A DNA stretch of 64,000 nucleotides, from NCBI RefSeq assembly GCF_964194155.1, contig NC_135893.1, positions 94,426,001-94,490,000 on the forward strand, in the 5' to 3' direction. This stretch comes from Cetorhinus maximus (taxonomy: Eukaryota). Of the stretch, positions 11,736 to 23,610 are shown piece by piece (within the stretch, counting starts at the first letter, position 1; each line of letters starts with the position of its first letter). The notes below the pieces were generated by a model that ran no database searches, was not told the origin of the DNA, and was given only the letters and a program-made list of their open reading frames with translations. The translations under genes and the position numbers were made by a program.

Positions 11736-12437
11736 TAAAAACAAACAGTGACCCTTGAGTCACCCTCCCCGGTAATACACTTGTGACCTCTTGGAACAAG
11801 CCCCAGTAATACACTACCAAGTGGAACCTCCAGCGATACACCCCTGCACCACAGCCCAGTAAAGTACCGCCACAGAAAAGTCCCAGTGATGCAACTCTAC
11901 TCATGCACTTGTTCATCCGGAATCAAAAGCAGCAACAAACTGAGAGCATGTGTTTTAAATTAAAAAAACTATATCTGCTAAATGTCCAATTATCACCACT
12001 TTTCAGCCTACCGTTAGAAACAGAACAATATCCGGCCGTCATTTTGAGCATGCTGGCTTGGCAGAGATAAATAAAAATTCGGTAAAATTGATAGACAAAT
12101 AGTGCAAATCGAATTTAACATTTTATTGCCTGCAAAAGGGGACAGCAATAAAGAAATCTTCAAATTTTGTCATTAAATATTTGAGTCAGAGCTTGGAGCA
12201 GTCTCGAAGCAAAAATGAACTGCAACAAGTCTATTCAATCAGCGACAGTTTGCCAGAGTGAATGGTGACAGCTAATTATTCTGCTTTGGCTTGATAAAAT
12301 AAAGGTATTGTTCTGCTGCTCCACTTGCTGTTAGTTATTTTGATTAACAGAGCAACAGCACTTGTTTTCTTTGCAGCAATTTGCTTTTTAGTGCAGTGAA
12401 ATTAAGCTTTGGTGCAAAATATTGCACTTGTATTGCC

Positions 12438-12461
12438 GTGTGTGTGTGTGTGTGTGTGTGT
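12438..12461. repeat. (GT)n microsatellite
   Basis: Direct reading. Confidence 0.95.
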
Positions 12462-12490
12462 GGGGTGAGTGACTGGCAAGATCTGGGGAA

Positions 12491-12877
12491 TAGGATTACC
12501 AACCCTCCAGGATTATCATGGAGTCTCCAAGACTCAAGAGGTAATCCCTAAGGGGTAAACCCACTACAAGCAGTGTGAAAATAGAAAATTATTGGAATGT
12601 TGAAAAAAATAGCAAGTTTTTTTTTTAAAAAGAAAAATCTTTGAACACTTTAGTTTAGAAAAAAACACGAACGATGGGAAAAAGACCGTTTGGCTGACAG
12701 TCAACAATCAGGTAACAAAGAGTCTGTTCGCTTTCCAATTGGCCTGGGAAGGCAGTACATGGTGAGGACAGGTATGTTATTACACCAATGATGGAAATTT
12801 TGGGGGTCAGGCAGTTAGAGGCAGGAGATCATGTGATGGAACCTCCAGGAACACAATCAACCAGAGTTGGCAAGCTG
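12491..12877. mobile_element. Old hAT-type MITE
   Basis: Degenerate TIRs TAGGATTACCAACCCT / AGAGTTGGCAAGCTG. Confidence 0.55.
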
Positions 12878-12893
12878 ACTGCAGAACGTTCCC

Positions 12894-12985
12894 GGGATCT
12901 CCTTGAATGCATTCAGTCATTTCACTCGCAAATGTGGCTGTGTGACAGTGATATCATTGAAACAACAATAGAGTAGGAACTGCTC
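12894..12985 (+). repeat. 92-bp exact dispersed duplicate, copy 1
   Basis: Identical to 14453-14544. Confidence 0.95.
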
Positions 12986-13239
12986 GTCAGTTAATTAGTC
13001 CAGTTAGGGAGCTTTAGGATTGCAGGGCTAAACAAAAACAGAAGAATGTTTCTGAAATGAACTTTATGAATACGCAGGTTATGAAGCACCTATGTAAACA
13101 AAGCCACCTGTGAAGGGGCTATTGGTATAGTGCGACCTTGCAGTATTGTACATCACTTTAGAGTATTCATTATCCACAGCTATTAAGACTGTCCATAAAG
13201 GGCGGGCGGGCAGGCAGGCAAAAGAAAGGACGAAAGGAA

Positions 13240-13480
13240 ACATGGCAACCAATTTGCGCATAGCAAGATCCCACAAACAGCAAATGTGACAATGACCAGA
13301 TAATCAGTGATGTTGATTAAGGGACAAATGTTGGCAGGATAATGGGAAGAACGCCCCTGCTTTTCTTCGAAATAACGCTGTGGGATCTTTACCTATACTA
13401 GAGGGGACGGACAGGCTTCAGTTTAATATCTCATCTGAAAGATGGTAGCTCTGACGGTGCTGTACTCCCCGAGTACTATT
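13240..13480 (-). mobile_element. Deu-domain SINE fragment
   Basis: TCTCATCTGAAAGATGG...TGTACTCCC and TTCTTCGAAATA...GGGATCTTT are reverse complements of the Deu core. Confidence 0.7.
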
Positions 13481-14203
13481 GCCCATTTAAAATTCCTAGC
13501 TCCTGCTCCATTAGAGATACGCCCATCGGTCCTACAATGACAAGCTGCAAGAGTTGTGACTGTAATTTAAACTGACAAATCTTCAATCAAAAACTTCTCA
13601 ATTTTTCCAAAGTATTCATCAGAGCAGTTGACTTGTGCAACCCTCGCTACTGTTCTGTAAATACCAGGGAACACATCTTTATCAGTAACATCACATCACG
13701 GATATTCTCAGGTGCAATTTTCTACGCTGGAAAAAATAATAATAATAATAATAATAAAAAAAGAGCATTGCAAAGAACGAAGTTGCCCAAAGCTGTGGCC
13801 TCTCCTTCCAGTTAACCATAGGGGATTCAGTTTCTTAAGATTGTTTTCAGATCAACACACCGATTGCACAAGGTAATTTTTCACAAAGCCATCATAAACT
13901 TGCTATGAACAGGCACGCACTGCTTGGGTGTCTGAAGCAGATTCAATAGTAACTTTGGCAAAGGAGTCGGGTATTGCCAACAAGTTGCAAAGCACCCTTT
14001 AAAGTAGCCAAACATCATTGCTTCACAAGACTGATCAAACAAAATTGTACCAAACGTCATATAGAGATACTTAGATAGATGATCAAAAGCTTGGTCAACG
14101 AGATAGGTTTTAAGTAGAATCTTAAAAGTCGCTACCTTACAATCCCACAGGCACTGTCGATCAGACATACAGCCATTTTGAACATCAGGCAGCCATTTTG
14201 AAC

Positions 14204-14305
14204 AGTTCGATGAAAGGTCACAGACCTGAAACGTTAACTCCGTTTCTCTCTCCACAGATGCTGCCTAACCTGCTGAGTATTTCCAGCATTTTCTGTTTTT
14301 ATTTA
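14204..14305 (+). mobile_element. ~100-bp HHR + PLE-tail insert with TSD
   Basis: AGTTC-GATGA-A-AGGTC-ACA-GACCT-GAAA-CGTT-AACT then the tail. Flanks AGCCATTTTGAACA and AGCCATTTTCAACA. Confidence 0.75.
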
Positions 14306-14452
14306 AGCCATTTTCAACAAGTTGGCTTAATTGGTAGAGATAAATCCAATAAAACAGATGGTATAACTGAAATATGATGTTTTATTTGAAGACAAATTGC
14401 AGCTGGGTTTAAACTTAGGGTTACCAATACAGCAGTCCAGCGTTTGACTACT

Positions 14453-14544
14453 GGGATCTCCTTGAATGCATTCAGTCATTTCACTCGCAAATGTGGCTGT
14501 GTGACAGTGATATCATTGAAACAACAATAGAGTAGGAACTGCTC
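14453..14544 (+). repeat. 92-bp exact dispersed duplicate, copy 2
   Basis: Identical to 12894-12985. Confidence 0.95.
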
Positions 14545-15055
14545 AGGACAGCAGAGTGCAAGCTTTGCATGAAGACACCAGCTCGTTTCCAGCCTTTAAC
14601 CGAAATAACGGTCTTTATTTTAAAAAGAACACCTCACGGGAAGATTTCAGCTAAATCTTTTGAAAAGAAACTGCTTTAAAAAGGTTTTTAGAAGGTTGTG
14701 TGTCTTATTTAATTGGCTTGTTCTTTGTACTGGCATTAATCACGCTAAGTTAATCACACAGTTTGCTCTTGGACAGATTCTGTCATCAGAAAAATCAAGC
14801 TGTTATGAAAGTAAAGAGAACGTTTAACATCTCGAAGGAAAAGTGCTCAGAAGCAGGAGGTTTGGGGACTTTACCTCTCAGTTCGAGTGTATCGGGGACC
14901 GTTACCTTCACTATTTAAAATGTGTGACATTTCTCAGCCTAAAGTGGGATGGGGTGCAAAACGAGACGGTACTTACAAAAACAGCAGCTATCAGTACAAC
15001 CACATCTGCTGGCATTTCAAACCATTAGCATAGTCAAACACTTCTAGCTTCTACA

Positions 15056-15189
15056 CAGCAGGTCTGACAGCATCTGCGGAGAGGAATACAGTTAACGTTT
15101 CGAATCCGTATGACTCTTCATCAGGACTAAGAACAAATGGAAATGAGGTGAAATATAAGCTGTTTGAGGGGGGGGTGGGACAGGTAGCT
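15056..15189 (-). mobile_element. PLE pseudo-LTR fragment with canonical HHR (15090-15128)
   Basis: Reverse complement AGTC-CTGATGA-A-GAGTC-ATACG-GATTC-GAAA-CGTT-AACT. Confidence 0.75.
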
Positions 15190-15894
15190 ACCTGTTTTGC
15201 ACTCCCCCTGAAATCTAATGCCACGGCACTCCCTCAGTCTCACGCGCACAAACACACTCAAGTAGAAGGCAGGAGAATGGGGTTGAGAAACTTATCAGCC
15301 ATGATTGAATGGCGGAGCAGACTTGATGGGCCGAATGGCCTAATTTCTGCTCCTATGTTTCATGGTCTAAGTACAGTTGAAGAGAATACTGCACTTTTAC
15401 AGGTTACAAGCAAAAGAATAGATAACAATTCATGTGAATGTCTTCTTTTAGAAAATACACGTTGCACACCTGATGAAGGTGTCTTCACTCCGGAAGGGGA
15501 GTTTAGGTGAATTCAGCAGCAGAGGTCGTCGTTTCAGGATTCTCTTGAAGAAATGGACTCTCTACAGGTCACAAAGCTAGTTGCTTGTAGTCTCATTACC
15601 AGGAGATTAGTTGACTGGATTCATGGACCTGAAAAGAAACAGGCTTGGAGACCTTGCCGTGTTATAGCCTCTGGTTCTTTCAAGGCACAGGTTTCGCTGC
15701 TGTTGCCTCTTACTGTCCGCAGTCAGGTGAAGATTGAAAAAAAAAAAAAGAGGACAAGCATGGCTGCCTCACCATGTAAATGCTCACACTGTGGTCTCTT
15801 TACCAAATGCAGTGGTGGCCTCGGTGGAGGTTAGCCACACCCTGGTTCACTGTTTGAAGGCATTCAGCCCGAGGAGCTTAAGGTAATCATAATT

Positions 15895-16562
15895 TCCGCA
15901 AGCATTACCCAGACCTCCCTGTCGCTTGCCATTTTAACACTCCATCCTGCTCTCTTGTCCACATGTCTGTCCTTGGCCTGCTGCATTGTTCCAGTGAAGC
16001 TCAACGCAAACTGGAGGAACAGCACCTCATCTTCCGACTAGGCATTTTACAGTCTTCCGGACTGAATATTGAGTTCAACAATTTTAGATCTTGAACTCTC
16101 TCCTCCATCCCCACCCCCTTCCCGTTTCTTCCCCCTCCTTTTTGTTTTTTCCAATAATTTATATAGATTTTCCCCAGCTACTTCCATTATTTTTAAATGT
16201 ATTTCCACCCATTGTTTATTTATACCTTTTAGTATTCCTTCACCCCACCCCCACTAGGTCTATCTGTACCTTGTCTGTCCTGCTTTCTACTCTTAATTAG
16301 CACATTCCTTTAGATAATATCACCACCTTCAACACCTCTTTGTCCTTTTGTCTGTGACATCTTTTGGTCATCTCCACCTATCACTGGCTGCTTGTCCCAA
16401 CAACAACCCCACCCCCCCAAACCAGCTTATATTTCACCCCTTTCCTATTTTTACTTAGTTCTGTTGAAGGGTCACGAGGACTCAAAACGTCAACTGTGCT
16501 CTTCTCCGCCGATGCTGCCAGACCTGCTGAGTTTTTCCAGGTATTTCTGTTTCTGTTTTTGT
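15895..16562 (+). mobile_element. Penelope-like element family A, 3' fragment with CUGUUGA HHR (16457-16495)
   Basis: Plus-strand homolog of the 2298 and 9238 copies. The HHR GAAA has decayed to AAAA. Confidence 0.88.
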
Positions 16563-16887
16563 TAAGGCAATCCATCTATTTTGTTCCAAGAAAGACCCAT
16601 TCAATTTGGGAATATCTCTTCATAGTCTCAAGATATGGGTAGTTAACACCTTTTCGTCTGGGATGTGCCCTTTTGTCCCCGTTAGTCAGTTTTTGAATAC
16701 GCAAGCCAGATCAAGCTGACCTTTGGTGGCCATCTTTGCTGCACACTGAAATTGATTTTCCCAATTTTTTTAATAGATGTGCCATTACTGGGCATGCCAG
16801 CAGTTATTATTGTAATGCAGGAAATGCAGCAGCCAATCCGTGACTAGTGGGGCTTTTGCTGTGAGCAAAATGATAATAAGGCTGCCA

Positions 16888-16991
16888 ATAAAAACAGAAA
16901 GCGTCAGAAAAACTCAGCAGGTCTGGCAGCATCTGCGGAGAGAGAGAAACAGAGCCAACGTTTCGAGTCCAATAAGGCCCTCCTTCGGAAC
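16888..16991 (-). mobile_element. Short PLE tail + degenerate HHR
   Basis: AACTCAGCAGGTCTGGCAGCATCTG...AACGTTTCGAGTCC. Confidence 0.7.
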
Positions 16992-16992
16992 A

Positions 16993-17862
16993 TAGGGTTG
17001 TCCAGCTCTGTCTACCCCAGGAGACATCAGCAGATGTGATGTCACAGGTAGCTCCCGGAAGCGATGTCACGGAAAGCTGACAGTGCAGCGTAAGCGGGTG
17101 AAACTAGACCCTCCGTTAAAGGGGAATCAAGGCGGCGACAATAATCTTAAAGTTTGGGCTATACCCGCCAAACGGGCACACCCACTGCCATCTGCCAGTT
17201 TCAGGTGGTCAGCTTTTACAGTGAGCCAGCCAACCCCTTGGCAGCAACGTTCCCATTAAACGGATCCCGTGTGTGGCTGCAGGGTAGCCTGGAAGGTACT
17301 GCACAGGCCCTTGTTCCATGTTAAACGTCCGGCACGAGCAGCTGTGCAAATTTATTAAAAGATACCACATGTGGAAGAAATCGGGTGCGCACAACATCCT
17401 TTGGGAATATAAACACAGGCTGGCACCAAGTCTCCATCTGGTCTCAACAAAAATCTGTTTTTTTTTGTGTGGGGGAGGGGGTCGGAAATCGGATGACCTT
17501 TTCCTGACCAGACTCCAGCAATCCCCAGGAATGGCTGTGATCGTTGAAACAGCAAAGCAAAACACCGAGGGTGCAGGCCCCGCACATGCAGCGTCAGCCA
17601 CCCCCAGATTAAAAGATGGCACAGACCATACAAGCCCAGAAGAATGCTTCCCCCCCACCCCCCACCCTCCACACTTCCCCTGCTCCCTTCCACTGATGTT
17701 GCAGCACATGGACCACATCATCGCACACACACGGGGCAGGATGGATACTGGCAAACAAGGAAGCAGGCACGTTCCAATCGCCCGGAATGCTTTCTTTGGC
17801 CACCGGGAGATCGATGCCGATTCCGGTTGACTGCCGGCCATTCTGTGAGGGTTGGCAGCCCA
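16993..17862. mobile_element. Probable old hAT-type non-autonomous element
   Basis: Ends TAGGGTTGTCCAGC / GGGTTGGCAGCCCA; GC-rich interior. Confidence 0.4.
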
Positions 17863-17864
17863 AT

Positions 17865-18190
17865 GTGATTATAACCAAATGATCTCTTTTAGTGACGTTT
17901 TTCAAGGGATAAGTAGTGACCAGGACACCGGGGGGAGGGTGGGGGTGGTTAGTCAGGGAGCTTACCTGCTCTTCTTTGAAATTGCACCATGCAATCTTTT
18001 ATATTTGCTCACGAGAGCAGATGGGGCCTTGACTTAAGGCTGTCATCTGAAAGGCAGCGCCTCTGACAGTGCAGCACCCCCTCAGTGCTGCATTGGGAGT
18101 GTCAACCTGGATCAGGTGCTGCAGGTCTCCAGTGAGGTTTGAACCCATGACATTCTGACTCAAAGGTTAAAGTGCCAGCAACTGAGCTCT
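17865..18190 (-). mobile_element. Deu-domain SINE
   Basis: TCATCTGAAAGGCAGCGCCTCTGACAGTGCAGCAC core; tRNA-like head TTTGAACCC...AACTGAGC. Confidence 0.8.
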
Positions 18191-18669
18191 GGCAGACTGC
18201 ATAAATGCTTTCAAACTTGTAGGATGATACCATTTCTACATTGGTCTTAAACTGTTTCAATATTGTGAAACCAGGGTTTTTAAATGGATCTGACTGTCAG
18301 GTTTTTGGCTCCCCCTCCCCCTGCCACTCCCAAGTACATTCCTCCTCCGCTTCATACATGTCCTAACTGAAAGGCCCCAGATTTCCGGCAATGACAGGAT
18401 TGGCGACCTACCCCAGACATTTGCCCGTTTCCCATGCCAATGTCGAACTTAATCCAAACCTTGCTGGTAAACTAATCTGAAGGTGTCACAATGGTGGGAA
18501 GTGGCTAGCATGTCACGTTCACCTATGTAGATGTGTCTTCATGTGACACTTCCGTTGTATAATTCAAGAGCTTTAAATTAGAAACGCCAAAATTCAAAAC
18601 AACCACAGTTGCTTCGTTTGCTGATTGGAAATCAAACCTCCCCTCACTGCACTCAGAAAATAAAAATCG

Positions 18670-18985
18670 GGGGAGGCGATGGTATTGTCGCTGGACTAGT
18701 AATCCAGGGACCCAGGGTTATGCTCTGGGGACCCGGGTTCAAATCCCACCACGGTAGAATTTGAATTCAATAAAAATCTCGAATTAAAAGGTTAACGATA
18801 ACCACAAAACCATTGTCGACTGTCGCAAAAATCCATCTGGCTCACTGATGTCCTTTCGAGAAGGAAATCTGCCATCCTTACACGTGACTCCAGACCCACA
18901 GCAATGCCCTCTGAACTAGGGATGGGCAATAAATACTGGCCTAGCCAGCGATGCCCACACCCCATGAATGAATTTTTTTTTAAAA
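18670..18985 (+). mobile_element. tRNA-derived SINE with CR1-like tail
   Basis: CTGGACTAGTAATCCAG...GGGTTCAAATCCCACC...GGATGGGCAATAAATACTGGCC. Same family at 21786, 23207 and 27853. Confidence 0.82.
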
Positions 18986-19369
18986 AAAACAACGGCCTAC
19001 TTAACTACGTTCAATCTCATTTAGTATAAACAGAAATTACTCAATACATCAAAATGTAACCAGCTAACTGTAAATAATGGCGTGATTCATCATCAGAACA
19101 ACAGCAATACACGGAATGGAGCTTTGTTACAGCTTGGAATGTTGGTGCAAATTGCTGCAGATAGTTCCCTCCTTGTAATGCAACAGAGATTGACAGCAAA
19201 ATCCAATGTGAACCCAGTAACAGGCTAGTCAAATTCTTCAACTGGTCTTCAAATCGCTTGTGGACCTCTCCGTGAAAAAGCTATACAGATGTTGGAGGAA
19301 AATTGGAGCTTTCAAGACTGGCATCGATAGATTTTCATTAAAAGGGTAATTTAAGAAAAGGAAGGGGTG

Positions 19370-19610
19370 CAGGAGCAGGCCACACCGCACTATCAACCTG
19401 TCCTATCGTTTAATAAGAACATGGCTGATCCTCTCCATTAGCTCCACTTTCCTGCCCTATATCAATGATCACTTGGGTCCCCAGTATCCAAGAATCTAAT
19501 GATCTCAATCTTGCAGATACTCAGCATCTGAGCATCCACAACTCTCTGGGGTAGAGAATTCCAAAGATTCACAACCCTTTGGAGTGAAGAAATTTCCTCT
19601 CCTCTCATCT
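19370..19610 (-). mobile_element. CR1 3' fragment
   Basis: Minus ORF QRVVNLWNSLPQRVVDA. Confidence 0.75.
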
Positions 19611-20029
19611 GGAGGCAAAGCAGGTCACAGAGCAGTGACGACCTATCTAATTGAACAGCGCAGTACAGGGCGAGGTCCATTTGCTATTCTGATGAGGGAG
19701 CGGACTTGTTTCATTTTAAACAGGTTAATGCCTGAGCGCGCGAGGGCGCGCGAGAGAGAGATTCCAGACCAATGTATCACAAGGTCTTAGGGTATTAATT
19801 CACAGGGTCTTTGCAGGATCAGGATCACTGGCTGTAGCAACGAAAGGCGTTTGAGCCTAGGTGGAGGGCGCCTTGGTCACAAGAGCAAAAACACAGCAGC
19901 TCCCATGTACCCTATTCTAGTTGCCCTCCTGAGCATTGAAACGAGACCTGCCTTCAACCAGGTCCCTCTTCATATTGTAAAACAAAGCGGGACCACATGC
20001 CATAGTAAAAATCAAACTGTGCATTTAGC

Positions 20030-20360
20030 TCTCTGGGAACACACAGCCTCAGTGACCTCCCTTATGCAACAGCCAACGGCAAAACTGGGAGTCCTGCAGA
20101 TATCATCTGCTCCAGCCTGGAAGAAGCCAGACACATAAAAGTTAATTGCCAAGATCTCACCTTCACAGCCATCAGCAATGCCCTCCTCACCCTGCTGAGG
20201 ATGCTGTTGTGGCTGCAGCAGGTGCCAGATCGCAGTGAACACATCCTGACATTTGACACTGCTCCTCACCAAGGCCGAGATGAGAGAATTGAACACCTGG
20301 ACAGCTATGGCCTCCTCCTGCTGCTCCTCCTCCTCCTCCCAGCAACTCGTCTTACTCTTT
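20030..20360 (-). pseudogene. Decayed PIF/Harbinger (HARBI1-like) transposase N-terminal fragment
   Basis: Frameshifted reading DVFTAIWHLLQPQ / ALLMAVKV / LAINFYVSGFFQAGADDICRTPSFAVGCCIREVTEAV resembles the Harbinger HTH region (ALNFYASGSFQ...GD....SQ..V..CI.EVT.AL). Confidence 0.8.
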
Positions 20361-20387
20361 GTTCACAAGATCGTGAGATCATCAGAA

Positions 20388-20690
20388 TTTAGGAGGAGCA
20401 GGCCATTTGGCCCATCGAGCCTGCTCCGTCATTCAATAAGATCATGGCTGATCGGATTGGGGCCTTAACTCCACTTTCTTGCCCGCCCGCCCTCAAAACC
20501 CTCGACTCCATTGTAGGTCAAGAACGTCTAGCTCAGCCTTGAATATATTCAATGACCCAGACTCCACTGGTCTCTGTGGAAGAGAATTCCAAATACTAAT
20601 GACCATCAGGAAAATTCCTCCTAATCTTGATCTTAAACAGGAGACCCCCTATTTTCAAACTGTGCTCCTTGGTTCTAGATTCCCCCATTG
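20388..20690 (-). mobile_element. CR1 3' fragment
   Basis: GGCCATTTGGCCCATCGAGCCTGCTCC...AGAGAATTCCAA tail. Confidence 0.78.
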
Positions 20691-20858
20691 GGGCAGGGGA
20701 GGGGGTTGTGGAGAAGGGTTCATCAGCGTTACCTTCCTCATTCCTTCTGCCATGATATATTCTAAGGGGGATGCATATCATTGCACCTATGTCTGGAAGC
20801 AAGTGGTTTGTGTAGAATCCTTGGAGTCAGAACAATGTCCTACAACGTACCACTGCCT

Positions 20859-21513
20859 GGGCTAGAGTTTACCAGGCTCTGTGCTCCCCGTGCCCCCCCG
20901 GCCTGAAAAATTGGTCGGGTACCCGCCCACGACAAAGTCGGCTGCCCCACAGCCAATGCTCAGCGGGCCATTAATTGGCTCAGGGCGAGACTTGAGCCCC
21001 CATATGGGGAGACAAATCAGGCCTTAAGAGAGCTGCTGGGCCAATCGTATTGGCGGCAGTTCTGTACTCCCAGCAGCGCCATGTTCAAGCAGTGGCCACT
21101 GCCGGGACTGCAGCCAGTTCCCAAAGAAGAGGAGCAAATGGAGGCCGGACTTCCGGTGAGTCCAGAGCATTGCTGGGATCAGACTGGCAGGCCTAGGAGG
21201 TGGGTGCGGGGGTAAGGGTTTCAGAGGCCTGTGGGGTGGGGGAGCGGAGGTGTATGACATTGGGGACGGGGTGCCTCCGATGGGCTCAGGGGACCCCCAA
21301 AAGGAGGTCAACCCCCCAACCCACGCAATGCCAACTCTACAGTAAAAGCTGTCGGGCTACCCATTTTGTGGGCCTCCCACTGCCATGGGCAAAATAGAGG
21401 CAGGAGTGGGATGAGCCAAGTGGCCATTAATTGCCCCCTTGAGGGCTTCAACAGGCTCAAGGGCAGGACTTCAGACAGCCTCTTGTAGACTTCAGAATTA
21501 TGCCAAAAATCCC
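20859..21513. mobile_element. Harbinger-type MITE, related to 32054-32737 in opposite orientation
   Basis: Starts GGGCTAGAGTTTT. Internal CCCAGCAGCGCC...GGGACTGCAGCC matches the reverse complement of ~32460-32520. Confidence 0.6.
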
Positions 21514-21785
21514 TTTAAAGAGCACCGGTGGGAGTCGCTCCTGCTGCTGGACACATGTTCAGTGGTTTGAGGTGAAGAGAGCGCCCAATCGGGGCGATGT
21601 GCTGCAAAATGGCAGTGCAGGCACCTAATAGCATTACACTCCGACTGAGGCCAGGATCGGACTTCTCTGCATCCTTCCGGAGGATGCTCCTTCCACATGC
21701 AGCGATGTCCTCATCAGAATAGTGTCCAGCGTGGCACGAAACGTGTAAGCACGCGCCATTTTGCTCACTACAGGAGCAAGTAGAG

Positions 21786-22100
21786 ATGGTGGCGCAGTGG
21801 TAAGGTCAGCAGGTTAGCGACCCAGAGGCTCAGGTGGGGGGCATGGGTTCAAACCCCACCATGGCAGCTGGTGGAGTTAATAAATCTGGAATTGAAAGCT
21901 CGCCTCAGTAATGGTCAATTGCAGTAAAAACCCCATCTGCTTCCTTAATGCCCCCATAGTGAAGGAAATCTGCCACCCTTACCTGGTCTGGTCTACACGT
22001 GACTCCCCACCCACAGCAATGTGATTGACTCTCAACTGCCCTCTCTGAAGTGTTCAGTTCAAGGGCAATTAGGGGCGGGCAACAGATGTTGGCCTCGTCT
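21786..22100 (+). mobile_element. tRNA-derived SINE with CR1-like tail
   Basis: GGTGGCGCAGTGGTAA...GGGTTCAAACCCCACC...GGAAATCTGCCACCCTTACCTGGTCTGG. Confidence 0.8.
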
Positions 22101-22779
22101 GTATCCCTTCATTGGATGTGGGCAAAGAAAAGGAAGAGTTACAGGAAGTTTATAGGCTGCTGTGGAGACAGGTTTATCCGGTTACCTTCAGAGAAATTAA
22201 CCACATAACAGCAGTTTCCCACCGTGCCTGAAATTGTTAAAATTGCTACGTAATTAGGTTATTTGGTTTTACTTATTGGAATGCCTCCTACAAACGCCAT
22301 ATGTTAATAAAATAAATGACTTAATTATAACTTATTAATCACCACTTCAGGCTAATTGAAATGTAGACTGGAATAAAATGTGAACATTTTTAACTCTGGT
22401 CCAATGCACAAAACACAAGTCATTAGATATGATGCTTTAATCACAGTAATGCTGCAACCCTCACAATGCAATTATACTTTATAGGCTAGTTTAAATGGAA
22501 CTAAATGGGATAGAAAGTAATCAGGTCTGAGAATTTGGGTCCATTATATTCACTAAACCCTTTCTTGATCTTCTGCTCACCCCCCTTTGTGAATACCTTG
22601 AGGGTAGATGTTAACTTTGGGCAACAGAATAAACCAGGGGCAGAATTTTCCCCGTGGGTCTCTGAACCCCAATGTCAGGCCCAAACGAGGAGTCACAAAC
22701 CCGCACTGTATGGGGAACAGTCACTCATCCATGGTTTCCCCTGAATTGGCTAACTGATGGCCAGACAATCCAATTAAGG

Positions 22780-23151
22780 CAGGATGACCAACTCTCCTGT
22801 ATTATACAGGGTAGGCCCGTTATTTCATTGTTTGTCCCAAATCCCGTTCTGTCTCTCCTCAGGACACCACGTGTCCCGTATTTCTAAGGGAAGACTGTGG
22901 GAGACTGCTGGGAATCCGCTCGTCACCGCAAACGTGTCCCTGCCTTTCGGGTGGGAGCACAGTGCCCCTGCACATCAGCCACGAGGCGCGAGGAGAGCGG
23001 GACTGCTAGATCGACATGCAAGTTCATGCACAAGGTGGGAGAGGCTACCCCACTCCCCCTCATCCCCCATCCAGTCACCCCCCCCCCGCCAACAGTCCCA
23101 GCCCCTGCTCAAAATGTCCCTTATTTTATTTCCTAAGAGTTGGTCACCCTG
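22780..23151. mobile_element. hAT (Blackjack-like) MITE
   Basis: TIRs CAGGATGACCAACTCT / AGAGTTGGTCACCCTG; near-TSD AATTAAGG / AATTTAAGG. Confidence 0.75.
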
Positions 23152-23206
23152 AATTTAAGGATGGCTGGTGGAGTCTCAAAGATGGAGAGGTCAATGTAAA
23201 TGTCAG

Positions 23207-23610
23207 GGGAGATAGTGGTGTAGTGGTACGGTCTCTGGATTAGTAATCCGGGTGCCCAGGCTAATGCTCTGGGAACGTGGGTTCAAATCCCACCACGGCA
23301 GCTGGTGGAACTTTGAAATTCAATCAGTAAATCTGGAATTGTAAAGCTCGTCTTAGCAATGTTGATTATGTCAACTGTCAATTGTTGTAAAAACTCATCT
23401 GGTTCACTAATGCCCTTTAGGGAAGGAAATCTGCCACCCTTACCTGGTCTGGCCTACATGTGACTCCAGACCCGCAGCGACGTGATTGGCTCTTACCTGC
23501 CCTCTGAAACGGAATGGCAAGCTGCTCCATTCCATTCAAGCGCGTTGAGGGATGGGCAACAAATGCTGGCCTTGCCAGCAAGGCTCACTTCACATCACGT
23601 GAAGTGAAAA
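23207..23610 (+). mobile_element. tRNA-derived SINE with CR1-like tail
   Basis: Same family as 18670. Confidence 0.82.

Noticed and set aside
11692-11916. Serine-protease-like CGGTLL motif
   Set aside because: No following TAAHC motif or other protease context.
14560-14970. Possible LTR remnant ending CTTACA
   Set aside because: No defined 5' end or TSD.
17209-17841. Overlapping 170-210-aa ORFs on both strands
   Set aside because: GC-rich interior of a probable DNA element; no convincing domain.
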